DNA from: an uncultured virus (IMG/VR IMGVR_UViG_3300044724_006669)
Taxonomy: Duplodnaviria > Heunggongvirae > Uroviricota > Caudoviricetes
IMG/VR virus record: IMGVR_UViG_3300044724_006669
Location: 51,519 to 71,518 of that record
Length of the DNA stretch: 20,000 nt
Direction: 5' to 3' (one strand)
Positions 1 through 9,575 of the stretch are shown here, piece after piece (the first letter of the stretch is position 1; each line of letters begins with the position of its first letter). The notes beneath the pieces were generated by a model. That model was not told the origin of the DNA, ran no database searches, and was given only the letters and a program-made list of their open reading frames with translations. The position numbers and the translations under genes are program-made.

Positions 1-3000
1 GTATAAGCCTAACATGCTCGGAGTTGCAGGCACATAACTTCCATATGTTGTTTTGTATTCTCGTATAATAATCTTATCGCCAATTGAAAGTGTAATATCA
101 GAAGAATTAATTGTAATTCTTGGACCATCAGTAGCAACTGTATATTCATGCCCGTCGCCGACTAGTTGTGTCTCTACTCCAGTTGAAACTGGAATATAAT
201 AAACCAATAAACCTTGATAGTTTGCTGATGTAAAGTTATAATTGTAGAGTGTATCAAAAACATATGTTGTGATTGGAGTCACAGTGTATGTTGTTTGTTC
301 GTAAACTGTTCCAGTTGGAATCGCATCAGTCCAGTAAAATGATGAAGATGAAGTTTTTCCAGCGTTTATTGCAAGCAGAGTTTGGTCAAGAATCTCAGCC
401 GCAGTTTTGTTTTCCCAATCGTTGTTTGCAACATAATCAAGTATTTTGTTCTTGGTTTTATTATACTCAGAAGCATTAAATTCCAATGATCTAAAGTAAT
501 CAGTGCTTCTTTCATTTATAAAAGGAGTTGTAAGTGTTAATGGTGCACTTTGTTGTAGAATTAAATCACCGTATGGAATAATATTACCAAGGTCACGTAT
601 GTTGTTTGCTCCGTGTATCTTACCTGAGAAGTGTTCAAGGTTTTGACAGATACTTTCATAGTGTGTCCTAAGTGTTCCTAGAGTAAAAGTAGAACTATTT
701 TCGTTTAGAGCATTTGATTCTAGATTGTCTGGAATAGTATAGAACGCAACACTACTAGGACTATTGCTTATGACCTGCACTTCTATTACCGATCCTATTG
801 GAGGAACAGTTGCTGGTTGTCCAACCACATTTGCATTGAATGTAATTTCAGTGACCCCTGCACTGTTTGTTGCATAGGTATAGGTATCAGACAGTATAAA
901 TTGTCCTTCAACAAAAACTTTCACTGGTACAATACTTGTATCATTTGACACTTCAACATCAAGAATCAATGAGTTCCCATCAAATTCAAAACTAAAACTT
1001 TGTCGTTGAACATAATTTGTAAAACTTGTTTGCCATCCAAGAAGTTTTATAAAAGTATCAATTGTGTTGTACTGTCTTACTGTACCAAGAGAAATGTTTG
1101 CTGTAGTACCATTATTAGATGAGCCGTAAGTAAACGTATCTGAATAAAAATTATTATCAAATACAATGTCACCAACATTATTGATGGTTAAATATTTCAA
1201 AGGTTGTTCAATAATGGAATCTGTAGTTCCAGTGCCAACGGCATAGCTAAAAATTTTAGTTCCTGCAAAAGTAGTAGAAGGGTAAACTAAAGTATCGCTT
1301 AAACTATAACCACTTGAATCGTAGATATCAAATAATGGTGCCTGGTTTGTATCTGTTTTTTGTTGAGCTTCTGTCCAAGTGATGCCATTAAACCAGTAGG
1401 ATTTTCCTTGTTCAGTTACTCCAGATCTTACAACAACAGTTATATTAGTTGCAATGTCAGGTTCGGTCAAACTTGCAGGTTGTAAGTCAATTATATCACC
1501 TGCTCCAAGATTAATAAATTGTACTGTATAAATTTTATTTACAACTTCGGGATCAACGTCTGCATTGAATATAATTCTTGAACCTTCAATTAGGCTATAT
1601 CCATCTACTGAATATCCAGAGGTTCCATTTATATTACTAAACGCATCAGTTTCGTCAAAATCAATAATATCAACTGGTTGTGTAGCAAGAGTACCAAAGT
1701 TATACAATTTTAGATTTTTAACAAATTCAATAATTGGTCGTTTTGCTCTTGCATCATTATCTAAGGTTAATACTGTATTATTGTAGTTTGCAGTTGCAGT
1801 AAGCACATCAATATGAAACCATCTATTACCTCTACTCCAAGCATTTAGATTAATGCTTGCTCTGTTAATTAAGAGATAATCTTGTACAATAGGAGCGTCA
1901 GCAGTTGCATCGAATCCACCTTCGTCGAAACTAGTACTATCAAAAGGCACTGTTTCTGACTTTGTATAGGTTTCAGGGGTTATTAAGTCGGTAACTTTTA
2001 CAAATTCAATCGCAGTACCAACACCTTCTACATAGTATTCTACGTTTGCATAACTTGCAGGAACCACATTTCCAATAAATTTGACTTTCAAGCCATTGGT
2101 GAAAACCACACCATTTGGTGATGTATAATTAGGTTCACCGAGGATATCTTCTATGTTTAAGTCTGAGGAATTTATTTGGTCTACTACTCTTATTACACCA
2201 AAATTTAGTTCATCGCTACCGTCTTGATAGTACAAGATATCAAGATTAGCAGTTATCAGTGGCTGACGTGCAAATACACCTTCAGCAGTTTTGTACATAG
2301 TGCTACCAGAGTATTCTGTGCCATATTCTATCTTTGTTTTGCTTAGATTTGCAATGCTTTGTACTTTTGTAAGTTCCATAAACGGACGAAGTGGATCGTC
2401 GTAGTTGTAATTTATACGCCATTGGACATACCGATCGGCGTCTGTTGGAATTGCACCTGAATCACTAAATGCAGTTGTATCAAACCCTTCACTAGAAAAT
2501 GGTTCTTCATCTTCCCAACCTTGGTCTGTGGTTGTATTGAAAATAAGTGTCCGGTTTTGTAAATCAGTTATGCCATCAATACCGCCATGTTCTTCTAAGA
2601 AAACATCAACATATCGATTGTTTATTTGATTAAACTGAAGTGTATCTTCGACCAAGTCAGTAGAACCTATGTCAGCAAGATTAAAGAAAAAATTCTGTGC
2701 AGTTTTTGCAGGAACATTAAAAGAAACTGTTCCAACATCATCACCATTGTTGGTTACTCCAAGTACTTCACGAGAACTTTGGTTGGCTTGTTGTGGTAAT
2801 ACACCACTGGTTCCAGGAACACTTTGTATCCAAAAATTACGTCCACTTGCGTTTACATCAAATGTATAGTTTCCTTCTCTTACAAGTGTGATTGTGGGCA
2901 GTGTGCCACTATAACCACTAAACTTGTACCCGACTTCGCTGTAGGTTACATCAAAGTTGTCTGCAGTTGGAATAGTATTTGCAAATACATCAACACTATT

Positions 3001-3423
3001 TGGACCTGCTGGTATCCAATAATACTGTCCAAAGTTCACAAATTTGTCATAATCAATCATTGGATCGTAGCTATAATGCTCGCTATTGAATAACCTATCG
3101 TGTCTTGTTGTATTTGCTCCTTGCATTTTCAAACTATCAATTATACCTGGATAGGTAATTGCATTATCAACTGTGCTTGTATCAGGTTGAAGTTGAACTA
3201 CCCCTGGTTCCAATTGATAATCTGTTCTGGTTGCAGATGGTTCAAGAATATAGTTGTCACTGGCAGTTACCCCTGGACCAATTTTACGTCCTATGTAACC
3301 TTCTGTTGGTTTAAGTTTAGGATTTTGTGTAAGCTGATCAAGAGTACTTCTTAGAAGTTGCTTATTAGCTGGTGTTTGAAAGATTTCAGGTAAGAAATCC
3401 TCTGAGCGAATACGCTTAGCCAT
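1..3423 (-). CDS. Giant virion structural protein, probable baseplate wedge (gp7-position) subunit; 3' end lies outside the window (>=1141 aa)
   Basis: Not in the ORF track because it has no stop in the window. Manual translation from ATG at 3423 (MAKRIRSEDFLPEIFQTPANKQLLRSTLDQL...DPMIDYDKFVNFGQYYW...NAWSRGNRWFHIDV...YVPATPSMLGLY) stays open to base 1. It starts 3 nt after the gp6-like stop. The N-terminal 'FLPEIFQT' and the position after gp6 fit a wedge protein. Confidence 0.8.
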   Translation of the reverse strand, partial: MAKRIRSEDFLPEIFQTPANKQLLRSTLDQLTQNPKLKPTEGYIGRKIGPGVTASDNYILEPSATRTDYQLEPGVVQLQPDTSTVDNAITYPGIIDSLKMQGANTTRHDRLFNSEHYSYDPMIDYDKFVNFGQYYWIPAGPNSVDVFANTIPTADNFDVTYSEVGYKFSGYSGTLPTITLVREGNYTFDVNASGRNFWIQSVPGTSGVLPQQANQSSREVLGVTNNGDDVGTVSFNVPAKTAQNFFFNLADIGSTDLVEDTLQFNQINNRYVDVFLEEHGGIDGITDLQNRTLIFNTTTDQGWEDEEPFSSEGFDTTAFSDSGAIPTDADRYVQWRINYNYDDPLRPFMELTKVQSIANLSKTKIEYGTEYSGSTMYKTAEGVFARQPLITANLDILYYQDGSDELNFGVIRVVDQINSSDLNIEDILGEPNYTSPNGVVFTNGLKVKFIGNVVPASYANVEYYVEGVGTAIEFVKVTDLITPETYTKSETVPFDSTSFDEGGFDATADAPIVQDYLLINRASINLNAWSRGNRWFHIDVLTATANYNNTVLTLDNDARAKRPIIEFVKNLKLYNFGTLATQPVDIIDFDETDAFSNINGTSGYSVDGYSLIEGSRIIFNADVDPEVVNKIYTVQFINLGAGDIIDLQPASLTEPDIATNITVVVRSGVTEQGKSYWFNGITWTEAQQKTDTNQAPLFDIYDSSGYSLSDTLVYPSTTFAGTKIFSYAVGTGTTDSIIEQPLKYLTINNVGDIVFDNNFYSDTFTYGSSNNGTTANISLGTVRQYNTIDTFIKLLGWQTSFTNYVQRQSFSFEFDGNSLILDVEVSNDTSIVPVKVFVEGQFILSDTYTYATNSAGVTEITFNANVVGQPATVPPIGSVIEVQVISNSPSSVAFYTIPDNLESNALNENSSTFTLGTLRTHYESICQNLEHFSGKIHGANNIRDLGNIIPYGDLILQQSAPLTLTTPFINERSTDYFRSLEFNASEYNKTKNKILDYVANNDWENKTAAEILDQTLLAINAGKTSSSSFYWTDAIPTGTVYEQTTYTVTPITTYVFDTLYNYNFTSANYQGLLVYYIPVSTGVETQLVGDGHEYTVATDGPRITINSSDITLSIGDKIIIREYKTTYGSYVPATPSMLGLY

Positions 3424-3426
3424 ATT

Positions 3427-6400
3427 TTAAACTACTCCACTATTTGGTGCAGTTCTAAGTTGACTGCTAGTCAATGCATCAATAATTTCAACGTCATTCA
3501 CTGTTGCGGCATTCACAAAAATTTCATTTGCTTGAGATCTTATTTCGTATAAATCTCCAAAAGATTTCAAAGGATTTGTCGGAACAAGTACAACCGTGCT
3601 TATTATTGAACCAAGTTGATCGTGTAAATATGAACTTAGCTCTGAAAAGAAAAAGGTATCGCCAAAGTCCCAATTTTCAATTGTAAAATATTGATTGATA
3701 GCATTTACAACCTGACTTTTAATTTCACTTATGCTCACTGTGCTTGTAGCGTTTTTCACACACTTAATAGTTGCTCTAAGTTCTTCTGGAGCTTTGGTTC
3801 CGAACAATGGTTTGAATGTTACACTGTTTAAGATAATATTATCTGAAATCATTTTATATTGATCAAGTGTATTATAGGACGTAGTTAGTTCGTCGATAGT
3901 CGGTTTTGCTGGTTCCTTAACAGAACCAGTAGTGTCTCGAAGATAATTTTGATACGCATTATAATATGCCTGTGTTAAAAGATAGATATCAATAATATTA
4001 GTTGTACCTGGATCAATACGTCGACTAAGTGGAGCATTGTGTCGATACTGAAAATAAAGATCTTGTCTACCAACATAGGTTTGATAACCACTAACTTCAC
4101 TAATAGTTCTAACTCCGTCATAGGCTACAGTAAGTTTATAGAATTTTTCATCTGTGTACGCATAAAAAACCTGCCCATCAGCATATTCGCTTTTATCTAG
4201 TTCAATTGCATCTTTTGTTGCATAAGTGCCGTTGACTACACCACTTGCAAGTGGTGTATATCTTTCAAGATTATCAAAATCAATTGTTTGCTGAAGGTAT
4301 ACCCTTTTGGTAACAGGATTTGTATCTGGTGCAACCAATGTTTCAAAATAATCTGGATTATCTGGAATGCCATCATTGTCTGAATCTCTATAGCTGACTC
4401 TTACTCTAAAGTCATCAATAAAGCCATCTGCTTCAACTGGTTGTCCGATTATGTCCAGTATCTCATCACTATTAAGTGTTGAACTTGAGTCAGGTAGGTT
4501 GTTTGTTTTTAGTACATTGATAAAATCATTAACAACTTTGCCTGTTTTGGGGTCATAAACTTTTTGTGTACCATCATAGAAAAAGCGTGTTTCTAAGATA
4601 CTTGCCCAAAAACGATCCAAGCTTCTAGAGCTTACTGTATAAGTTACACCATCAGTTTGAAAATCAACAAGCCAGCTATTATCTAAACCCGTGCCTGACG
4701 TATCTTGAGCATATGCTAAACTAAAAGTAATACTGCTATCGATGTTTGTTGATGTAATAATATACCATGTCTGCGTAAGATTATCGTAACCCAGCCCAAA
4801 ATCTCGATAGAGTTCAATATTTTCCCTCATTGTAGTTTCAATAGAGGTAGGCAAATCAGTAATAAAATTTATAATTACCTGTGTGGGTACTGCACCTGTT
4901 GGAATAAAAGTATTTAAAGTTACAGGGCCAGTTCCGTCTGCATTATTTCCAACTCCAAAGTTTGTCCCATCAAGCTCTAAAGCAGTTACAGTTGCCCATA
5001 AAACCATCTTATCGCCGGGTAGTGTTGGTGAACCAACTGCCAGTCTATTTGTTGCAGTAAAATACTGTCCAGCTGGTGGAGTAAATTTTACCAGTCCACC
5101 TTGTGCGATATATTTTTTATTGTCGCTTGCTTGAGGACCTACTGGTGCAGGTGCTCCGTTTGATACAAATTTAAAAAATCCAGTTGTCTCGCTATTACTA
5201 GTGGTGCTTTGATTCCATTCAAGATTTAACGTTGTTAAACTTGGTCGATTGAAGTTCTCGTAATAGAATTCTTGCATTCCTCTACTTGCTAATAGAGGTT
5301 CAACTTGGTTTACAATTACATTGGTAATGTCGTTTGCATCGGCAAAAGTGAATGTAAAGCTGGGTACTTGTGTATTTTCGTAGATCATGCCATCTGAGGC
5401 AAAAACATTTGTGCTTGAATATTTTCCAGTGATATCTACTAAGTCCAGATACCTACTAGTACCAATTGAGCTTCTGTTAACAGCCTTGGACTTGATTATA
5501 GTTGAATAAAGTGTATATGGAAAATTGTTGTAGTCTTCTCCGTTGACCATTCTATCTTGGGTATAATATCTTGCTGGGGCTCTTTGTTTGATATCGTTTA
5601 TATTTTCTCTACTGCTTGCATTGCTCACCGGTACAGTTAACGCACAAGTGAAGGTTAGTGTTTCGTTTCGTCCTGTTTTGCTTACGTAACCTATATTAAA
5701 AGTTACATTTTGCATTTCATCTGGATTGATAATATAGTTTAGGCCATTTGAACTTCTAACATAGGTTCTAAATGTTCCTACTGGTATACTACTAAACACA
5801 CCATCTCCAAAATTCAAGTCAATTTGATCATTTGTTCTTGATGTAATACTAAAATACCTGCGTTGTTCAGGTGTAAGTTCTTCAACTGCACCAGTGTAGA
5901 TATTTTCAACTTTTTCCCATTCTGCAATTATTGAGTTCTGTGCATTAAGTTGGTATAACCAAACATCTTCGTTGTTTATACCTTCTATGTTGACGTTAAC
6001 AATTCTGTTGCTGATTCTTTCTCCAAGATTAAATTGTTGATCTTGTAGAGAGCCTTGTTTAAAATAAAAAAAGTAACCAGTGTTTGCACTAGCATATCCT
6101 TGTTTGTCATTTCTATACAGTATGTTTAACGGCCCGCTTGGTGCAGGTGCCGGCTCATACAGGTATGTTTCATTTAATGACGTTGCATTTACTGCTTCAA
6201 ATGTCATGTTAGTGCCATTTACAGTCTGACTGAACGGTACAACAGGTAAAAATCCTGCTATTAGATTGAGTGTATATTCTTCTGTGTCAACTCCCAAAAG
6301 TGTTTGACTATTTCCTGGTTTTCCAAAACGCTGACTTCCGCTAAGAGCAGCATTTACAACAACTGTAAATTGTTCTAGCCAATTCGGGTTAGTAGTATCG

Positions 6401-6834
6401 TTCCAATTTATTGTGATATTGGACAAGTTAACACCAGTAAAGTCAATTACACCTTCAGTGGTGCTTATGCTTTGTACTTTTAAAAAACCTTGTGCGGCAG
6501 TATTACGCTTTGGTGTATAACTAACTAGTTCTGCAAGTCTAGTAACACTGTCTCTTCTTTCAGCAGTATCAATAAAGTTTTCACGTGTATTAAGATCATT
6601 TCGAAAACTGCCTGCTTGACCCATAAAAGCCATAACATCAAGTATAGCAATAAATTCGCTAGACTCTATGTAATCATTGAAACTTTCGGGGTAATACAGT
6701 CTTATATAATCAATGAAAGTTTTCCGGAGTGTTTCAAAATCATAACTTTGAAAGTCCGCTTCACGATAGGTTTGATAGATTCTCTTCCAATCTTCTACAC
6801 CAAATATACTTGTTTGTCTTGTAGTTTTAGCCAT
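3427..6834 (-). CDS. gp6: Baseplate wedge subunit, T4 gp6 / P2 gpJ-like (1135 aa)
   Basis: N-terminal 'DFQSYDFETLR...YPESFNDYIESSEF...ENFIDTAERRDSVTRLAELVSYTPKR', central 'FGDGVFSSIP' and 'ENINDIKQRAPARYYTQDRMVNGEDY' are characteristic gp6 motifs. It follows gp25 and has an AAGGA RBS. Confidence 0.88.
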   Translation of the reverse strand: MAKTTRQTSIFGVEDWKRIYQTYREADFQSYDFETLRKTFIDYIRLYYPESFNDYIESSEFIAILDVMAFMGQAGSFRNDLNTRENFIDTAERRDSVTRLAELVSYTPKRNTAAQGFLKVQSISTTEGVIDFTGVNLSNITINWNDTTNPNWLEQFTVVVNAALSGSQRFGKPGNSQTLLGVDTEEYTLNLIAGFLPVVPFSQTVNGTNMTFEAVNATSLNETYLYEPAPAPSGPLNILYRNDKQGYASANTGYFFYFKQGSLQDQQFNLGERISNRIVNVNIEGINNEDVWLYQLNAQNSIIAEWEKVENIYTGAVEELTPEQRRYFSITSRTNDQIDLNFGDGVFSSIPVGTFRTYVRSSNGLNYIINPDEMQNVTFNIGYVSKTGRNETLTFTCALTVPVSNASSRENINDIKQRAPARYYTQDRMVNGEDYNNFPYTLYSTIIKSKAVNRSSIGTSRYLDLVDITGKYSSTNVFASDGMIYENTQVPSFTFTFADANDITNVIVNQVEPLLASRGMQEFYYENFNRPSLTTLNLEWNQSTTSNSETTGFFKFVSNGAPAPVGPQASDNKKYIAQGGLVKFTPPAGQYFTATNRLAVGSPTLPGDKMVLWATVTALELDGTNFGVGNNADGTGPVTLNTFIPTGAVPTQVIINFITDLPTSIETTMRENIELYRDFGLGYDNLTQTWYIITSTNIDSSITFSLAYAQDTSGTGLDNSWLVDFQTDGVTYTVSSRSLDRFWASILETRFFYDGTQKVYDPKTGKVVNDFINVLKTNNLPDSSSTLNSDEILDIIGQPVEADGFIDDFRVRVSYRDSDNDGIPDNPDYFETLVAPDTNPVTKRVYLQQTIDFDNLERYTPLASGVVNGTYATKDAIELDKSEYADGQVFYAYTDEKFYKLTVAYDGVRTISEVSGYQTYVGRQDLYFQYRHNAPLSRRIDPGTTNIIDIYLLTQAYYNAYQNYLRDTTGSVKEPAKPTIDELTTSYNTLDQYKMISDNIILNSVTFKPLFGTKAPEELRATIKCVKNATSTVSISEIKSQVVNAINQYFTIENWDFGDTFFFSELSSYLHDQLGSIISTVVLVPTNPLKSFGDLYEIRSQANEIFVNAATVNDVEIIDALTSSQLRTAPNSGVV

Positions 6835-6852
6835 GTGTGTTTCCTTACATGG

Positions 6853-6860
6853 TATTTATG
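6853..6860 (-). promoter_or_regulatory. Putative late promoter CATAAATA (T4 late TATAAATA-like) upstream of the gp6-like gene
   Basis: Minus strand reads CATAAATA-ccatgtAAGGAaacacac-ATG. The same octamer lies 17 nt before the first gene of the operon (15851-15858). Confidence 0.65.
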
Positions 6861-6866
6861 AAAATA

Positions 6867-6884
6867 ATAAACTACGTAGTTTAT
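6867..6884. repeat. Perfect 18-bp palindrome ATAAACTACGTAGTTTAT
   Basis: The sequence equals its own reverse complement. It lies between the gp25 stop (6885) and the late-promoter motif (6860). Confidence 0.85.
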
Positions 6885-7265
6885 CTACACGTCTGCGTAA
6901 GCGGCTCTCATAGTCTCACTGTTGAAAAATATATTAAGTAGTTCACCTTGTTGGCCACTCACAGTATCAACCTCAAGTTCAATAAGTATTCCATTCTCTT
7001 GTGGGTAAACATTGATATCTGAGATACTGATTCTTGGATCTTGTGCAACTATGCGTTGTAGTTCTTTGTTAATTGCTTTTGAAGTTGGAGCTCCTTGAGG
7101 TTCGAACAACAAACTCCATATAGTTGTACCAACATTAGGTCTGCCAGGCATTTCTCCTTGTCTGATTGTAAGAGCATTTAATAAATCACGCTTGATTAAT
7201 TCAAAATCTGTGACTGTATAGTTCTTGTACCTTCCAATGGTACTATATCCGATAAATGTTGGCAT
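6885..7265 (-). CDS. gp25: Baseplate wedge / sheath initiator, gp25 (GPW_gp25) family (126 aa)
   Basis: 'TDFELIKRDLLNALTIRQGEMPGRPNVGTTIWSLLFEP...IVAQDPRI' matches the gp25 pattern (GE...P.FG..i..lLFEP...EPRi). It lies between gp5 and gp6. Confidence 0.92.
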   Translation of the reverse strand: MPTFIGYSTIGRYKNYTVTDFELIKRDLLNALTIRQGEMPGRPNVGTTIWSLLFEPQGAPTSKAINKELQRIVAQDPRISISDINVYPQENGILIELEVDTVSGQQGELLNIFFNSETMRAAYADV

Positions 7266-7269
7266 GATG

Positions 7270-7275
7270 TATTTA
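7270..7275 (-). promoter_or_regulatory. Possible late promoter core TAAATA 4 nt before the gp25 ATG
   Basis: Minus strand: TAG-g-TAAATA-catc-ATG. There is no clear Shine-Dalgarno in the 11-nt gap. Confidence 0.4.
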
Positions 7276-7276
7276 C

Positions 7277-9565
7277 CTACGTATTTGTGGTATTATTTTG
7301 TGCATCAAATTCAGCTTCAAATGCCGCAGTTTCGTCATCCACTCCATTGACTTTCTTACTTGTAACTACACTTGCTACCGCAGTGTCAATTGAACTTCTT
7401 ACTGTTGTACTCACTACGCCTCCACTGCTAGTTGAAAATCCTTGTACTTCGTTACTCAATTTTTGTTGTGCTAATTGTATTGAATACTGACCGCCTCTTA
7501 CAACTTTATTCATTTCAGAACTGGTAATTTTTGTACTGTTACTTCCACTAAATGTTTCTCCTAGTGTTGCGGCACCATCTTGCCATTTTTTAACTGCGTC
7601 TGCTCCAAATTTACTTGCACCACTAACCAAACCGCCTAGTGCAGATTCATCTTCTAGGCCGGTTACTATTCCTGCATTCTGCAACTCGCCTAATCCTTTG
7701 TTGAATAAATCTGTTTTGGTTACATCTTGTAATGTTTCGTTGTTTAAAAAATCACTAAGTCCATTAACACCTTGTGAACCAGTCCACACACTTGCACTAC
7801 TTAAAACAGTGTTTAGGTCAGCAGTAGCATCCTTGAGAAAGAACTCTGCAGTTCCTGGTTTCAACAATCCTCCTTTTTCTAATTCAGTTGCACTAAAACC
7901 AAATTTTCCAACACCGTTAGCATTGGATATTTCATTGAAATCCTGAGGAACCAGTTTGCTAGATTGTGCTACCATACTGGTTACTTTTTCAGGTGGTATT
8001 TTACCAACGTTTGTTTTTACCTGCGATTGTTTTTCATAATCTGCTTCTGTAACACTATCAATTTCTGTTGATTCTGCTTTGGTTACTGCGTCCTGAGTTT
8101 TTGGATCCAAAGGAACTTGCTCAGCAGGTGATTCTAAACTGGTACTAGTATTGACACCAGTGCCTCTTTCTGCGTAAGGCTCATGTGTAGGAGCTCTAGT
8201 AACAATTGTTTCAATTGCATTTGGTTCTGGTATCCAACCTTGTTGAGGAGAAAATTTTGTATCTGCTAATCTTAACTTAGGTATCTCAACAGTTTTACTC
8301 ACTGGTGGAGCTGATCCACTATTCAGTTTTATACATCCTGCTTCAAGTGTGAGTCCAGTGCCTGCACCCCATCCACCTGTTCGACTGTTTAGATTTAAAC
8401 TGCCATCACTTTTGATTCCCACTGAGCTTTTACTATAAGCCAAAATACTATTTGTGCCAGTAAGGCTTAGACTGCCTGTTTCAAGACTCATTGCTCTTTT
8501 TGCAAAAATGTTAACACTTCCAAGTTCACTGGCTATGTTTATATTTCTATCAGCATGCATGTTTAGTTCGCCAGCACTTCTAATATTTAGACTGTTTGAT
8601 GCATATAGATCAATGGTGCCTTCTTTTCCTAGTTCTATCCAGGTTTGTCCGTTTGCATGCATAATGTGAATTGTTTGATTGTCAGCAGTATCGTTCATCA
8701 TTATTTGATGACCTGCACTGGTGCGTATTCTTGTTAGGTTATCTTCGCCGGCAAGATCTCCGTCATCCATTACCAAACTGTGTCCACCTTTACGTGCAAT
8801 TATGGTGGTTTCATTTGCTTGAAGTGTACTGCTTGCCACCTTGGCCGCTATTTGAGCATCCGTTAGTCCACCTTGATACACTGGTCTGCCAGCAGTGCTT
8901 ATTCCAAATACTGTGCTTGGTGATTCACGTTGACTATTTGAACCAATAGGCCCGATCAAGGGATCTGCTATAACTCCTTGAGAGAGCATTTGCCCAGCTA
9001 AAACACTGTGTACTGGTTTGGTCTCATTAAAAAATCTTGGATTTTCTGCTATTGCCTCATTGGAATTGTTAATCTCCACCACTGGTAGTTTTGCTTTATT
9101 AGCAAACAATGGTGAATTGCTATCATCGACATATTTCTTGCTTGACCCTATGGCCGGAACCATGTGATTAAGTCCAGGAGATATTGGCATACCTACATAG
9201 TAGCCTTTGTTTGGATCACCGTCAGCAAAGAAGCAAAGTACTTTTGTTCCAAGATCTGGTGGTGTTCCAAAAAAACCATATGCATGATTATTACCGGTAA
9301 AACTACCTGGACCAGTTGGTTGTTGAGCACTCTGTTGAGTATAACCATAGTATGGTGAAATATAACTTACAGTACGCCATAGATCTTTATTATTTTTATC
9401 GTCTCCAGAAATATATTCGATGTAAACCTGTAATCTTCCTGCTCTAGTAGGATCAATGTTGTTTACCACTTCACCAAGAAATGGTCCTGATTCAGCCGGA
9501 GTACCGCCTTTGGATATCTTGTATGCTCCAGGGACGCCTCTGCTTCTTTGATAATTCTCTGCCAT
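7277..9565 (-). CDS. gp5: Baseplate central spike, gp5/VgrG-like (OB fold + beta-helix) with C-terminal lysozyme-like extension (762 aa)
   Basis: OB-fold motifs 'GEVVNNIDPTRAGRLQVYI' and 'YGFFGTPPDLGTKVLCFFADGDPNKGYYVG'. Beta-helix 'RKGGHSLVMDDG...RIRTSAGHQIMMND...HANGQTWIELGKEGTIDLYASNSLNIRSAGELNMHADRNINI'. 'RAPTHEPY' follows. AAGGA RBS; adjacent to gp25. Confidence 0.85.
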   Translation of the reverse strand: MAENYQRSRGVPGAYKISKGGTPAESGPFLGEVVNNIDPTRAGRLQVYIEYISGDDKNNKDLWRTVSYISPYYGYTQQSAQQPTGPGSFTGNNHAYGFFGTPPDLGTKVLCFFADGDPNKGYYVGMPISPGLNHMVPAIGSSKKYVDDSNSPLFANKAKLPVVEINNSNEAIAENPRFFNETKPVHSVLAGQMLSQGVIADPLIGPIGSNSQRESPSTVFGISTAGRPVYQGGLTDAQIAAKVASSTLQANETTIIARKGGHSLVMDDGDLAGEDNLTRIRTSAGHQIMMNDTADNQTIHIMHANGQTWIELGKEGTIDLYASNSLNIRSAGELNMHADRNINIASELGSVNIFAKRAMSLETGSLSLTGTNSILAYSKSSVGIKSDGSLNLNSRTGGWGAGTGLTLEAGCIKLNSGSAPPVSKTVEIPKLRLADTKFSPQQGWIPEPNAIETIVTRAPTHEPYAERGTGVNTSTSLESPAEQVPLDPKTQDAVTKAESTEIDSVTEADYEKQSQVKTNVGKIPPEKVTSMVAQSSKLVPQDFNEISNANGVGKFGFSATELEKGGLLKPGTAEFFLKDATADLNTVLSSASVWTGSQGVNGLSDFLNNETLQDVTKTDLFNKGLGELQNAGIVTGLEDESALGGLVSGASKFGADAVKKWQDGAATLGETFSGSNSTKITSSEMNKVVRGGQYSIQLAQQKLSNEVQGFSTSSGGVVSTTVRSSIDTAVASVVTSKKVNGVDDETAAFEAEFDAQNNTTNT

Positions 9566-9575
9566 CTATTTCCTT

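Noticed and set aside
273..3354. Short plus-strand ORFs in the first 3.4 kb
   Set aside because: They lie antisense to the continuous minus-strand ORF 1-3423, which explains the region.
7277..7283. ctacgta recurring at the gp5 stop and within the 6867-6884 palindrome
   Set aside because: Only a 7-nt match, with no extended dyad at the second site; compatible with chance.
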